Shown: positions 7,927 through 17,048 of the stretch, in pieces
Position numbering within the stretch: the first letter of the stretch is position 1
Layout: every line of letters starts with the position of its first letter
Assembly (NCBI GenBank): GCA_002408565.1
Contig: DHTA01000005.1
Span: 178,383 to 242,382 of the forward strand
Reading direction: 5' to 3'
Source of the DNA: Patescibacteria group bacterium UBA5272
GTDB taxonomy: Bacteria > Patescibacteriota > Minisyncoccia > Phycocordibacterales > UBA5272
Length of the DNA stretch: 64,000 nucleotides
Program-made: the position numbers and the translations under genes
Notes under the pieces: generated by a model
The model's database searches: none
What the model was told of the DNA's origin: nothing
The model's input: the letters and a program-made list of their open reading frames with translations, nothing else

Positions 7927-9474
7927 ATGGATAATTTAGACAACAAAAACCTTAACTTTAGCTCCGAGAACATCTCTATTCTTTTACACGGGATATTTGA
8001 AGTTGCTCCAAAAGAAAAACACTTTTCTGAAGAAGATAAAAAAATAATAGAAAAAGCTTTCAATTTTGCTAAAAAAGCTCATGAGGGACACCTAAGAAAG
8101 TCTGGCGAACCATATTTTATTCATTGCGTAGAAACTGCTAAAAATATTGCTAGACAAAATATGGGCGCCAACACCATAGCAGCTGGATTGTTACACGACA
8201 CGCTAGAAGATACAGACACTTCTAAAGAGTCTTTAGAAAATGAATTTGGAATAGAAATTTTAACTTTAGTAGAAGGAGTTTCTAAGTTGGGCACAATTAA
8301 GTATAAAGGAGTAGAGAGACATGCAGAAAGTATGAGGAAATTTTTTGTAGCTTTGGCGGATGATATTCGGGTGGTAGTGATTAAACTTTGCGACCGTTTG
8401 CACAACGTTAGCACTCTCGAATATATAGAAGAAGAAAAAAGAAAAAGAATAGCTATGGAAACTTTAGAAATTTATGCCCGTCTAGCTGACAGAATAGGTA
8501 TGGGAAAATTAAAAAGCGAGCTAGAAGACGAAGCTTTTCCTTATGCTCATCCTGATGATTATCAAAAAGTGAAAGATATGTTCGATTCTGTAAGTACAGC
8601 CTCAGAAGAATATCTTTTAAAGATTTTAGATAAAGTCAAAGAAGAGTTAAAAATCTTTGACATTAAATATCTAAAAATAGATCACAGATTAAAGCATCTT
8701 CACTCTCTTTACGAAAAACTTAAAAAACATAATTGGGATATACAAAAAATCTACGATATTGCCGCTATGAGAATTATAGTTGAAGATTTGGCTACTTGCT
8801 ATCAGGCTTTAGGTGTTATTCATGGGCTTTATAAACCAGTACCAAGAAGATTTAAAGATTATATTGCTTTACCAAAACCTAACGGATATCAGTCTCTTCA
8901 CACTACAGTTTTTGATGGTGAAGGAGGTACTTTTGAAGTACAGATTCGCACAAAACAAATGCATGAAGAAGCTGAATATGGTATAGCTTCCCATCTATCT
9001 TATAAAGAAATTGGTGATTTTAAAAAAGTGAAAAATAAACAAGAGTTATCAAAAATGAATAATATAAATGAAAAAATAGCTTGGGCAAAACAATTTTTTC
9101 AACCTCAAGACATGGATTCTGAAAACAAAGATTTTATTAAAAATATTAAAGAAGAATTTTTTGACGAAACTTTATTTATTCACACACCTAAAGGAGATAT
9201 TATTGAGATGCCTAAAGAGTCAGGAGTAATTGATTTTGCTTATATGGTTCACTCTGATATAGGCAATCATATTTCTGGTGTCATGGTAAACGCTAAAATG
9301 GTCTCTTTAGATACAAAATTAAAAGATGGAGATATGGTAGAAATTATCACCAAAGAAGAAGCTAAACCAACTCATAAATGGCTCAATTACGCCTCCACTT
9401 CTTTAGCTAGAAGGCATATACGAAATTACCTTAAAGATAGCAATAGTTTGCGAAATAGATTTTTATCAAAATAA
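7927..9474 (+). CDS. rel: RelA/SpoT-family (p)ppGpp synthetase/hydrolase (HD + SYNTH + TGS)
   Basis: RKSGEPY, LLHDTLED, IKLCDRLHN, RFKDYI..PKPNGYQSLH, EVQIRT, TGS motif DFAYMVHSDIG. Confidence 0.93.
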   Translation: MDNLDNKNLNFSSENISILLHGIFEVAPKEKHFSEEDKKIIEKAFNFAKKAHEGHLRKSGEPYFIHCVETAKNIARQNMGANTIAAGLLHDTLEDTDTSKESLENEFGIEILTLVEGVSKLGTIKYKGVERHAESMRKFFVALADDIRVVVIKLCDRLHNVSTLEYIEEEKRKRIAMETLEIYARLADRIGMGKLKSELEDEAFPYAHPDDYQKVKDMFDSVSTASEEYLLKILDKVKEELKIFDIKYLKIDHRLKHLHSLYEKLKKHNWDIQKIYDIAAMRIIVEDLATCYQALGVIHGLYKPVPRRFKDYIALPKPNGYQSLHTTVFDGEGGTFEVQIRTKQMHEEAEYGIASHLSYKEIGDFKKVKNKQELSKMNNINEKIAWAKQFFQPQDMDSENKDFIKNIKEEFFDETLFIHTPKGDIIEMPKESGVIDFAYMVHSDIGNHISGVMVNAKMVSLDTKLKDGDMVEIITKEEAKPTHKWLNYASTSLARRHIRNYLKDSNSLRNRFLSK

Positions 9475-9484
9475 TTTATTTAGA

Positions 9485-10633
9485 TTATAAACTGAAATTT
9501 CTAATATCGTAGAGATCGTCTTCTCTTTCTTGAAAATTTCTAATCTCTTCTTTACTTCTGTCGTCTTCCAATTTAAAGTCTCCCAAATTACTGTCGTAAA
9601 AAGTTTGAATTTGAGTATGTCTATTATCATCATATTTTTCCTCCACCTCACTTTTCGCACCCTCTTCCATTTCTTCTTTTGTTTCTAGCTTTCTTTCTAT
9701 CTCTAACATAGACTTTTCCTCTATTTCTTTTACTTCATCTTTATCCACTTCCCCAACAAATCCTATTGTTTTTTTAATCTTATCAAACATACCTTCATGC
9801 ACCTTTTCGCTACCAGCTCTTTTAATAAGCCCAGCCAAAGCTAAAAGCTCATCATGTGAAAAATAATCAATAGTAATTTTTCCGCCTTTTTCTTTTGGTT
9901 CAATAGAAACCCTGGTCCCTAAACTTTCAGCCAACCTTTTTTCTAAATCTATCACTTCAGGGTTAGCTACTAAGGATTTTTTACGAACTTTCTCTAAAGC
10001 TACCCTTCTAGCCAAACCTTCGGCTTCACGGACAGTCATCTTTCGCATAAGCATCTCTTTAAAAAGAGTGATTTGTTCGTCTGGTTTATCAACCAGCATA
10101 AGAAGTGGACGAGTATGTCCCTCAGAAATTTTTCCATCTACCAAAGCGTCTAGAATCTCTTGCGGAAGCATTAAAATACGCACAGTGTTTGAAACATACT
10201 CTCTACTTTTACCGACTTTTTTGCCAATCTCAACCCAAGAAAGTTTAAACTCGTCAGCCAACTGTTGAAAAGATTTTGCCCTATCTACAGAGTTTAAATC
10301 TTCTCTTTGAATATTTTCGATAATTGCTAATTCAAGTTTAGCCCTATTGTCGTCTCCTACACGCACAACACAAGGCACCTCTCTTACTCCAGCAAGCTTT
10401 GAAGCGCGAAGCCTTCTTTCTCCAGCAATCAATTCGTAAGCTACAGAAATTGAACCGTCGTCATGAGAATCTTCTCTTCTGGTAACTACAAGCGGTTGAA
10501 GTACTCCATATTGACGAATACTTTCAGCCAAATCCCTTAGATTATGTTCATCAAATTCACGACGAGGTTGATAAGGATTGGGTTGTATTTTATCTGTCTC
10601 TATCCAGAAGACCGCATTTTGTAATTCAGCCAT
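9485..10633 (-). CDS. parB: ParB/Spo0J partition protein with acidic C-terminal tail
   Basis: PNPYQPRR, GVLQPLVV, IAGERRLRA, IENIQREDL, HTH VGKSREYVSNTVR. Confidence 0.93.
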   Translation of the reverse strand: MAELQNAVFWIETDKIQPNPYQPRREFDEHNLRDLAESIRQYGVLQPLVVTRREDSHDDGSISVAYELIAGERRLRASKLAGVREVPCVVRVGDDNRAKLELAIIENIQREDLNSVDRAKSFQQLADEFKLSWVEIGKKVGKSREYVSNTVRILMLPQEILDALVDGKISEGHTRPLLMLVDKPDEQITLFKEMLMRKMTVREAEGLARRVALEKVRKKSLVANPEVIDLEKRLAESLGTRVSIEPKEKGGKITIDYFSHDELLALAGLIKRAGSEKVHEGMFDKIKKTIGFVGEVDKDEVKEIEEKSMLEIERKLETKEEMEEGAKSEVEEKYDDNRHTQIQTFYDSNLGDFKLEDDRSKEEIRNFQEREDDLYDIRNFSL

Positions 10634-10750
10634 ATTTTAAAAGATTATTTATATTTATGAAAATATTATAGCATGGAAAAAAGTCTAATATATGATATAT
10701 TGTTAATAAATCTGATCAGATTAAAATCAGATTAAAAAATTCAAAAGTTT

Positions 10751-10831
10751 GCCGGAGTGGTGGAATGGTATACACGTGCGACTCAAAATCGCATGCCTCA
10801 CGGCTTGTGGGTTCAAGTCCCACCTTCGGCA
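10751..10831 (+). tRNA. tRNA-Leu(CAA)
   Basis: GCCGGAGTGGTGGAATGGTATACAC-G-TGCGA-CTCAAAA-TCGCA, variable arm, GGTTCAAGTCC, CTTCGGCA end. Confidence 0.95.
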
Positions 10832-10879
10832 CAAATTTTAAAGAATGACTTTTTTCTAAATAATTGCTATATTTTAATC

Positions 10880-11605
10880 ATGAAAAATAGCTACCAAAAG
10901 ACAAAAATTTGGCTCTGGAAAGCGATTTTGATTGCTCTTATATTACTTTTGGCATTTATAATTATTTCTTTAATTATTTATTATTACATATCTAACTATT
11001 CTAAAGAATTTATATATTCAGAAACAGACTCTATCCCCTCAAACAAGGCTGGGCTTGTACTCGGAACTTCGCCTGTCACCACTACTGGATCTTTAAATTT
11101 ATTTTTCATAAATCGCATGACAGCTACCAAAGAATTGTTGGACGCTAAAAAAATAGATTATGCTATCGTATCTGGAGACAACAGAACTGTGGCTTATAAT
11201 GAACCAAAATATATGCGAAACTATTTACTCAAATTAAACGTAGACGAAAATGCTATTGTTCCAGACTATGCAGGCAGAAGAACTTTGGATTCAGTTTTAA
11301 GAAGCAATAAAGTTTTTAATCAAGACGAGATTACTATTATTTCTCAAAAATTTCATAATGAAAGAGCTGTTTTTATAGCTAGAAAAAACGGCATAAATGC
11401 TATCGCGTATAACGCTGAATATCCTTTTGAAAAATTTACCGACAATATTTATGTAAATATTAAAACTTTTTTAAGAGAAATTTTAGCGAGAGATTTAGCT
11501 GTCTATGATGTGCTCACTAATAAAAAACCAGCTATTTTAGGTAGCCAGATAAAAATTGAAAATGAAAAAATTGAAGGTATGCGAAGATTGATTTTAGAAG
11601 ATTAA
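10880..11605 (+). CDS. SanA/YdcF (DUF218/ElyC-like) membrane-anchored protein
   Basis: GLVLGT, VSGDN..YNEP..M, DYAGRRTLDS, SQKFHNERA, LREILAR. Start set at ATG 10880 because the longer ORF overlaps the tRNA. Confidence 0.85.
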   Translation: MKNSYQKTKIWLWKAILIALILLLAFIIISLIIYYYISNYSKEFIYSETDSIPSNKAGLVLGTSPVTTTGSLNLFFINRMTATKELLDAKKIDYAIVSGDNRTVAYNEPKYMRNYLLKLNVDENAIVPDYAGRRTLDSVLRSNKVFNQDEITIISQKFHNERAVFIARKNGINAIAYNAEYPFEKFTDNIYVNIKTFLREILARDLAVYDVLTNKKPAILGSQIKIENEKIEGMRRLILED

Positions 11606-11609
11606 AAAT

Positions 11610-12539
11610 ATGCAAAAAATGTTACCAAAAATCTATATAATCATTGGTCCAACAGCTAGTGGAAAAAGTGATGTAGCTGTAGATTTAGCTAAAAAAATAA
11701 ATGGAGAAATAATTTCTGCAGACTCTCGTCAGATTTATAAACATCTTAATATTGGCTCAGGAAAAATTACTAAAGAAGAAACATGTAGAGTAAAACATTA
11801 CTGTTTAGATATTGTGAATCCCAAAAAATATTCTAAGAATTATGCTAAAAATTATCAAAGTTTTTCTGTAAATGATTATTTAAAGTTTGCAAATAAAGCT
11901 ATAAAGAAAATTATAAAAAAGAAAAAAACTCCAATTATTTGTGGTGGAACTGGTTTGTATATTGATGCTTTACTTTATGGGCTCCCTAAAAATGCCAAAC
12001 CAAATCCTCTACTTCGAGCTGAACTTGAAAAAGAAAATCTAGAAAATTTACTTTTAAAAATTAAAGAATTAAATACAAAAAAATATTTAGAACTTATAAA
12101 AAATGAAAACCCTAGTGAGAGAAACAACAAAAGAAGACTGATTAGAATTATAGAAATTTTGGAAGGTAAAAAAATGAAAAATGAAAAACTAGAAATCTCA
12201 AAACTTAATAAAAAAATAAGATACAACCCAGAATTTATTTTTATTGAAAAAAGTGACGAAGAGCTCAGAAAAAGAATAAACTTGAGACTAAAAAGAAGAT
12301 TAGATGCCCAAGGAAAAAATGGGCTTGTAGAAGAAATAAAATTTTTAAGAGAAAAATTAAAACTTAATGATGAATGGTTACTTTCGCTTGGTCTAGAATA
12401 TAAATATGTAACGATGTATTTGAGAGGAGATTTGACTTATGAGAGCATGATAGAAACTTTGCAAAACAAAATTTGGCAATTCGCTAAAAGACAAATTTTA
12501 TGGAATAAGAGGTACAAAAATGTTATAATCTCAGAATAA
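11610..12539 (+). CDS. miaA: tRNA dimethylallyltransferase
   Basis: GPTASGKS, ISADSRQIY, GGTGLY, FAKRQ. Confidence 0.95.
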   Translation: MQKMLPKIYIIIGPTASGKSDVAVDLAKKINGEIISADSRQIYKHLNIGSGKITKEETCRVKHYCLDIVNPKKYSKNYAKNYQSFSVNDYLKFANKAIKKIIKKKKTPIICGGTGLYIDALLYGLPKNAKPNPLLRAELEKENLENLLLKIKELNTKKYLELIKNENPSERNNKRRLIRIIEILEGKKMKNEKLEISKLNKKIRYNPEFIFIEKSDEELRKRINLRLKRRLDAQGKNGLVEEIKFLREKLKLNDEWLLSLGLEYKYVTMYLRGDLTYESMIETLQNKIWQFAKRQILWNKRYKNVIISE

Positions 12540-12542
12540 TTT

Positions 12543-14060
12543 ATGGAAAACCTATCTGAAAAATACTATATAACTATCGGTCTAGAAATACATGCCGAGT
12601 TAAAAACAAACAGTAAAATGTTTTGTTCTTGCGCCAATGTCCCGCTTGAAGACTCTCCAAATAAAAATGTCTGCCCTATTTGTATGGCTCATCCTGGCAC
12701 TCTTCCGACTTTAAACAAAGAAGCTATTCAAAAAATGATTCAAATAGGTCTTTATATTGGAGCAGATATCGCTAATTTTACAGAATGGGACAGAAAACAT
12801 TATTTTTATCCAGATATTCCTAAAGCTTATCAGCTCACCCAATACAAATACCCCATAGTTTCGAACGGGAAAATTAACGATTGGCCTTTGACAAGAATAC
12901 ATTTAGAAGAAGACACTGCTAAATCTACCCACGATCAAGGAAATCATACTTTAATAGATTTCAATAGATCTGGAGTGCCCCTTATGGAGCTTGTGACCGA
13001 GCCACAAACTTTCGAGGATATTGAAGTAGCCGCTAAAGCTTGTAGTGATTTTGCAAAAGAACTACAATTGATTTTAAGGACTTTGGATGCTAGTGAAGCT
13101 GAGATGAGCAAAGGTCAAATGAGAATCGAGGTTAATCTCTCGGTCACTAAAGATAAAAATAAATATGGCACCAAAGTAGAAGTTAAGAATATCAACTCCT
13201 TTAAATCTGTAGAAGATTCTGTTCGCTATGAAGCCAAAAGGCATATTGAATTAAATGAAGCTGGGAAAAAAGATGAAATAGTTCAAGAAACCAGAGGTTT
13301 TGAGGAAAATAAAAGAATCACTGTGCCTCAAAGAAAAAAAGAGTCTGCTAATGACTACAAGTATTTTCCTGATCCAGATCTACCTAAACTTTATTTACAC
13401 TCTTTATTTAATTTGAAAGAAATTGAAGAGGATTTACCTGAAAAGCTTCCAAAAATTAGACAAAATCTTAAGGAGGCTGGTGTAAAAGACGACTATATTG
13501 AATTACTTTTAAATAATACTATTTTGTTTAAATATTTTGATAAAGTAAAAGAAGAGATTGAAAATCGTGATTTCGATAAAGAAAAAATAAATCAATTAAT
13601 TAATTTATCTGTAAATTATATCTCAGTAGATGTCTCAGCAATTTTACAAAAAGAGTCTGAAAATAGCTTAGTTCATTTCATAGACGAAGAAGATTTTGTC
13701 GAGATAATGGAAATGATTTTAAATAAAGAACTTTCTAGCCGTGGAGCTAAAGACTTAATTCTTTTTATAATGACCGAACTTTCTAATGAAAAAATGTTAG
13801 AAATGGCAGAAAACGATATGAGTGCCAGAGAAATCGCTGAAATGAAAGGTCTGATACAAAAAAATGATAAAGAAAGTTTAGAAAAAATAATTGATACAGT
13901 GATAGCTAACAACCTCGACCAATTTAAAGAATTGGAAGAGCAAATTAAAACTGGAAATGAAAAATTAATAATGTTTTTTGTGGGACAGGCCATGAAAGAA
14001 TCTAAAGGCTCTGGCAATCCTCAAATGTTTACAGAAATTATAAAAGAGAAAATTTTATAA
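12543..14060 (+). CDS. gatB: Asp/Glu-tRNA amidotransferase subunit B
   Basis: IGLEIHAEL, KMFC, RKHYFYPD, RIHLEED, DFNRSGVPLMELVTEP, KVEVKNINS, YFPDPDL. Confidence 0.96.
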   Translation: MENLSEKYYITIGLEIHAELKTNSKMFCSCANVPLEDSPNKNVCPICMAHPGTLPTLNKEAIQKMIQIGLYIGADIANFTEWDRKHYFYPDIPKAYQLTQYKYPIVSNGKINDWPLTRIHLEEDTAKSTHDQGNHTLIDFNRSGVPLMELVTEPQTFEDIEVAAKACSDFAKELQLILRTLDASEAEMSKGQMRIEVNLSVTKDKNKYGTKVEVKNINSFKSVEDSVRYEAKRHIELNEAGKKDEIVQETRGFEENKRITVPQRKKESANDYKYFPDPDLPKLYLHSLFNLKEIEEDLPEKLPKIRQNLKEAGVKDDYIELLLNNTILFKYFDKVKEEIENRDFDKEKINQLINLSVNYISVDVSAILQKESENSLVHFIDEEDFVEIMEMILNKELSSRGAKDLILFIMTELSNEKMLEMAENDMSAREIAEMKGLIQKNDKESLEKIIDTVIANNLDQFKELEEQIKTGNEKLIMFFVGQAMKESKGSGNPQMFTEIIKEKIL

Positions 14061-14062
14061 TT

Positions 14063-15082
14063 TTATTCTGTCAAAATACTTTCTAATCTCTTTTCAAACT
14101 CTCTAACTGATTCATCATCAAAAAGTGAGAGCAGTATAATATCTTTTTTTTTCTGTTTAGAGACTTTAGCTAGGTCAGAAACTTTTTTAGCCAATTCTTT
14201 TTTATCTTTTATTTCATCAATTTTAGAAAGAATAACAATTTCTTTTTTCTTGGCAAGCTCATTATTTTTGGTGCTCAAAAGATCGTTTTTTTCATTTTTT
14301 TTATCATAATTTTTCAATTCTTCTCTGATAGTTTTATAAGCTGATTTTGTATCTTCATTTTCTGCAGAAACTAAATGAAATAAAATTTTAGTGCGAGAAA
14401 TATGTTTTAAAAATTTATAACCAAGACCTTTTCCTTCACTAGCTCCTTCAATTAATCCTGGAATATCAGCTAAGATATATTTTTTATAAGCTCCTAAATT
14501 TGGTTCCAGTGTAGTGAAAGAATAATTTCCAATTTTAGCTCTACTATTTGTAAGAGTGTTTAAAACTGAGCTTTTCCCAGCATTTGGTAAGCCAATAAAA
14601 CCAGCATCAGCGATTAATTTAAGCTCTATTTCCAAAACCGCGTCTTCTCCCCTTTCTCCTTTAGTAAATTCTTCTGGAGCTTGATTGGTAGAAGTTTTAA
14701 AATTCTCATTTCCGAGACCCCCTTTACCTCCTCTTAAAATTAAGATTTTTTCACCAACTTTATTACATTCATATTTGATGTCATAAGTTTTGTTATAAAC
14801 CAAAGAACCTACAGGAATTCTTAAATATAAATCCTCCGCTCCATGTCCATGCATACTTCTTTTTTTTCCATCTTTGCCATTTTCCGCATCCCAGTCTCTT
14901 TTATTTTTGTAATCATCGAGAGCTTGAATATCTTGTACTACTTCCAAATAGACATCACCGCCTTTTCCTCCGTCACCACCAGCTGGTCCACCATAAGGAA
15001 TACCTTTTTCCCTTCTCCAACGAACTACCCCATCACCACCTTTTCCGGCTTTTACATTCAAAACTACATGATCAATTAACAT
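14063..15082 (-). CDS. obgE: GTPase ObgE/CgtA
   Basis: Gly-rich Obg fold GKGGDG...GGDGGKGG, GLPNAGKS, FTTLEP, DIPGLIEGA. Likely start MLIDHV. Confidence 0.96.
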   Translation of the reverse strand: MLIDHVVLNVKAGKGGDGVVRWRREKGIPYGGPAGGDGGKGGDVYLEVVQDIQALDDYKNKRDWDAENGKDGKKRSMHGHGAEDLYLRIPVGSLVYNKTYDIKYECNKVGEKILILRGGKGGLGNENFKTSTNQAPEEFTKGERGEDAVLEIELKLIADAGFIGLPNAGKSSVLNTLTNSRAKIGNYSFTTLEPNLGAYKKYILADIPGLIEGASEGKGLGYKFLKHISRTKILFHLVSAENEDTKSAYKTIREELKNYDKKNEKNDLLSTKNNELAKKKEIVILSKIDEIKDKKELAKKVSDLAKVSKQKKKDIILLSLFDDESVREFEKRLESILTE

Positions 15083-15125
15083 AAATTTCTTAAATAGTAC
15101 CATAAAATAAGACTTTATTAAATAT

Positions 15126-15154
15126 TGACATGTACCACTAAAAGATGATATAAT
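15126..15154 (+). promoter_or_regulatory. Consensus sigma70 promoter TTGACA-18-TATAAT (coordinates approximate)
   Basis: ttgaca tgtaccactaaaagatga tataat, driving the small ORF 15205-15375. Confidence 0.7.
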
Positions 15155-15204
15155 AGAATAAGGAACCTGTCTTAAATATTCTTTTAATATTAAAACTAGT
15201 GATA

Positions 15205-15375
15205 ATGCTAAGAAAGATTTTTACTTGGATTCTTGTTCTTGTGGCAGTTATCCTTTTTTTATTGAAAGATGTAAGATTATCAAATATTCAAATAGAGCGT
15301 TATATTGTGCCTATAACAATATTTTGTTTACTGGTAATTCTTCGTTTCTTTTATTGGATAGCTAAAGGAAAATAA
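15205..15375 (+). CDS. Small 56-aa two-TM orphan membrane protein (below the ORF-track cutoff)
   Basis: MLRKIFTWILVLVAVILFLLKDVRLSNIQIERYIVPITIFCLLVILRFFYWIAKGK*, bracketed by a consensus promoter and a terminator. Confidence 0.7.
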   Translation: MLRKIFTWILVLVAVILFLLKDVRLSNIQIERYIVPITIFCLLVILRFFYWIAKGK

Positions 15376-15385
15376 AAGTGAAATC

Positions 15386-15416
15386 AAAAAACCGACATAA
15401 TCTTATGTCGGTTTTT
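15386..15416. terminator. Bidirectional intrinsic terminator (small ORF / rpoD)
   Basis: AAAAAACCGACATAA-TC-TTATGTCGGTTTTT. Confidence 0.85.
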
Positions 15417-15421
15417 ATTTT

Positions 15422-16933
15422 TTAGAAATTCTTTAATCTATAAGACTTCTCGTGTTCACGAATTTTCTCATGAACTTTCGCTTCAATTTGACGTATTCTT
15501 TCACGAGTCACCTGAAACTCTTCACCCACCTCTTCCAGTGTATGCATGACTCCGTTGTAAACTCCAAGACCATTTCTCATTTCTACAATTTTTCTTTCTT
15601 TTTCTGAAAGGTCCATTAATATTTCATTTATCTGATCCGCCAAAATTCTTCGGCTAGCTTCTTGATCTGGAGAAAGTATTTTATCATCAGACACAAACTC
15701 TCCTAAAGAAGACTTGTCATCATCGTCACCCGTCGGTTTTTCTAAAGACAAAGTTTCTTGATCTATATTTTCAATAACATGAATCTTTTCTACATCAACC
15801 CCCATCTCATCAGCAATTTCCTCAGACAAAGGTTCACGCCCCAAATCTTGAGAAAGCCTCCTTAAGACTTGTTTATATTTTGCAATAGTTTCTACCATAT
15901 GCACTGGAATGCGAATGGTGCGAGACTGATCAGCCAAAGCGCGAGTTATACCTTGTCTAATCCACCAGCAAGCGTAAGTTGAGAATTTATAACCTTTACT
16001 AAAATCATATTTTTCCACTGCTTTATACAAACCAAGATTTCCTTCTTGAATTAAATCAAGCAAAGTAAGATTTGGACTTCGTCCGACATATTTTTTAGCG
16101 AAAGTCACAACCAATCTTAAGTTAGACCTCATTAAAATATTTTTAGCTTCTTCATCTCCCATCTCAATTCTTTTAGCCAACTCTCTTTCTTCTTCAGAAG
16201 TAAGCAAAGGGTATTGACCAATTTCTTTTAAATAAATCTGAATACTGTCTCTACCAGATTCATCACTTCCAAGCTTATTCAAATCTTCATCCATGTCTAA
16301 AAGATTACTTCCATCCAAAACATCAACTCCGGCTGTAGAAAGTTTTTCGTAAAGTTCATCTAAATAAGAAATGTCTCTTTCTAGATCCGGAAAAATTTTT
16401 ATAATATCATCGTAAGTAATAAATCCCCTTTCTTTTCCTTTTCGAATAATTTCGTTCTCTTTTTCTAAAAGACCTTCTTGAGATTTTGCCATCCTACTAG
16501 TTTTAGGTTTGCCTCCTTTTTTCTTGTCTCTCGCCAATTTAGCCTTATTTTTATCGATTCTTTTTTGTCTTTCTTTTTTATCTTTAGCATTTTTGATTTC
16601 CCTTCTCTTTTTTTCTTCAACCTTCTCTTTTGTTGAAAGAGATCTCATGTCAATAAATTTTCCATTTGAATCTTTAGGGGTTTTTGTTTTTTTATCCTTA
16701 ACAACTACTTTTTTAGATGGAATTTTTTTAGATGCACTTTTTTTAATTGATTTCTTAGCAACAACTTTTTTAGATGCACTTTTTTTAACATTCTTTTTAT
16801 TCTTAAGAGTGCTAATATTTTTTTTAGACGTCTTGGCTACTTTTTTCTCCTTTTTTTGAGATAAAGAAGGCTTGGTTTTTGTTTTTTTAACGACCTTCTT
16901 TGTTGAGGCGGTTTTTTTTGAATTTTTTTTCAT
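15422..16933 (-). CDS. rpoD: Primary sigma factor RpoD with Lys-rich N-terminal extension
   Basis: [68 protein letters not shown]. Confidence 0.96.
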   Translation of the reverse strand: MKKNSKKTASTKKVVKKTKTKPSLSQKKEKKVAKTSKKNISTLKNKKNVKKSASKKVVAKKSIKKSASKKIPSKKVVVKDKKTKTPKDSNGKFIDMRSLSTKEKVEEKKRREIKNAKDKKERQKRIDKNKAKLARDKKKGGKPKTSRMAKSQEGLLEKENEIIRKGKERGFITYDDIIKIFPDLERDISYLDELYEKLSTAGVDVLDGSNLLDMDEDLNKLGSDESGRDSIQIYLKEIGQYPLLTSEEERELAKRIEMGDEEAKNILMRSNLRLVVTFAKKYVGRSPNLTLLDLIQEGNLGLYKAVEKYDFSKGYKFSTYACWWIRQGITRALADQSRTIRIPVHMVETIAKYKQVLRRLSQDLGREPLSEEIADEMGVDVEKIHVIENIDQETLSLEKPTGDDDDKSSLGEFVSDDKILSPDQEASRRILADQINEILMDLSEKERKIVEMRNGLGVYNGVMHTLEEVGEEFQVTRERIRQIEAKVHEKIREHEKSYRLKNF

Positions 16934-17048
16934 GTAAAATATTTTTATTTACTAAAAAGTTATAAATTTGCAACCATGAACACGCTCTTGTCAAGTTTTC
17001 AATAGTATACTTCTTTTTTAGAAAATATGCAAGGTTTTTAATGTTTTA

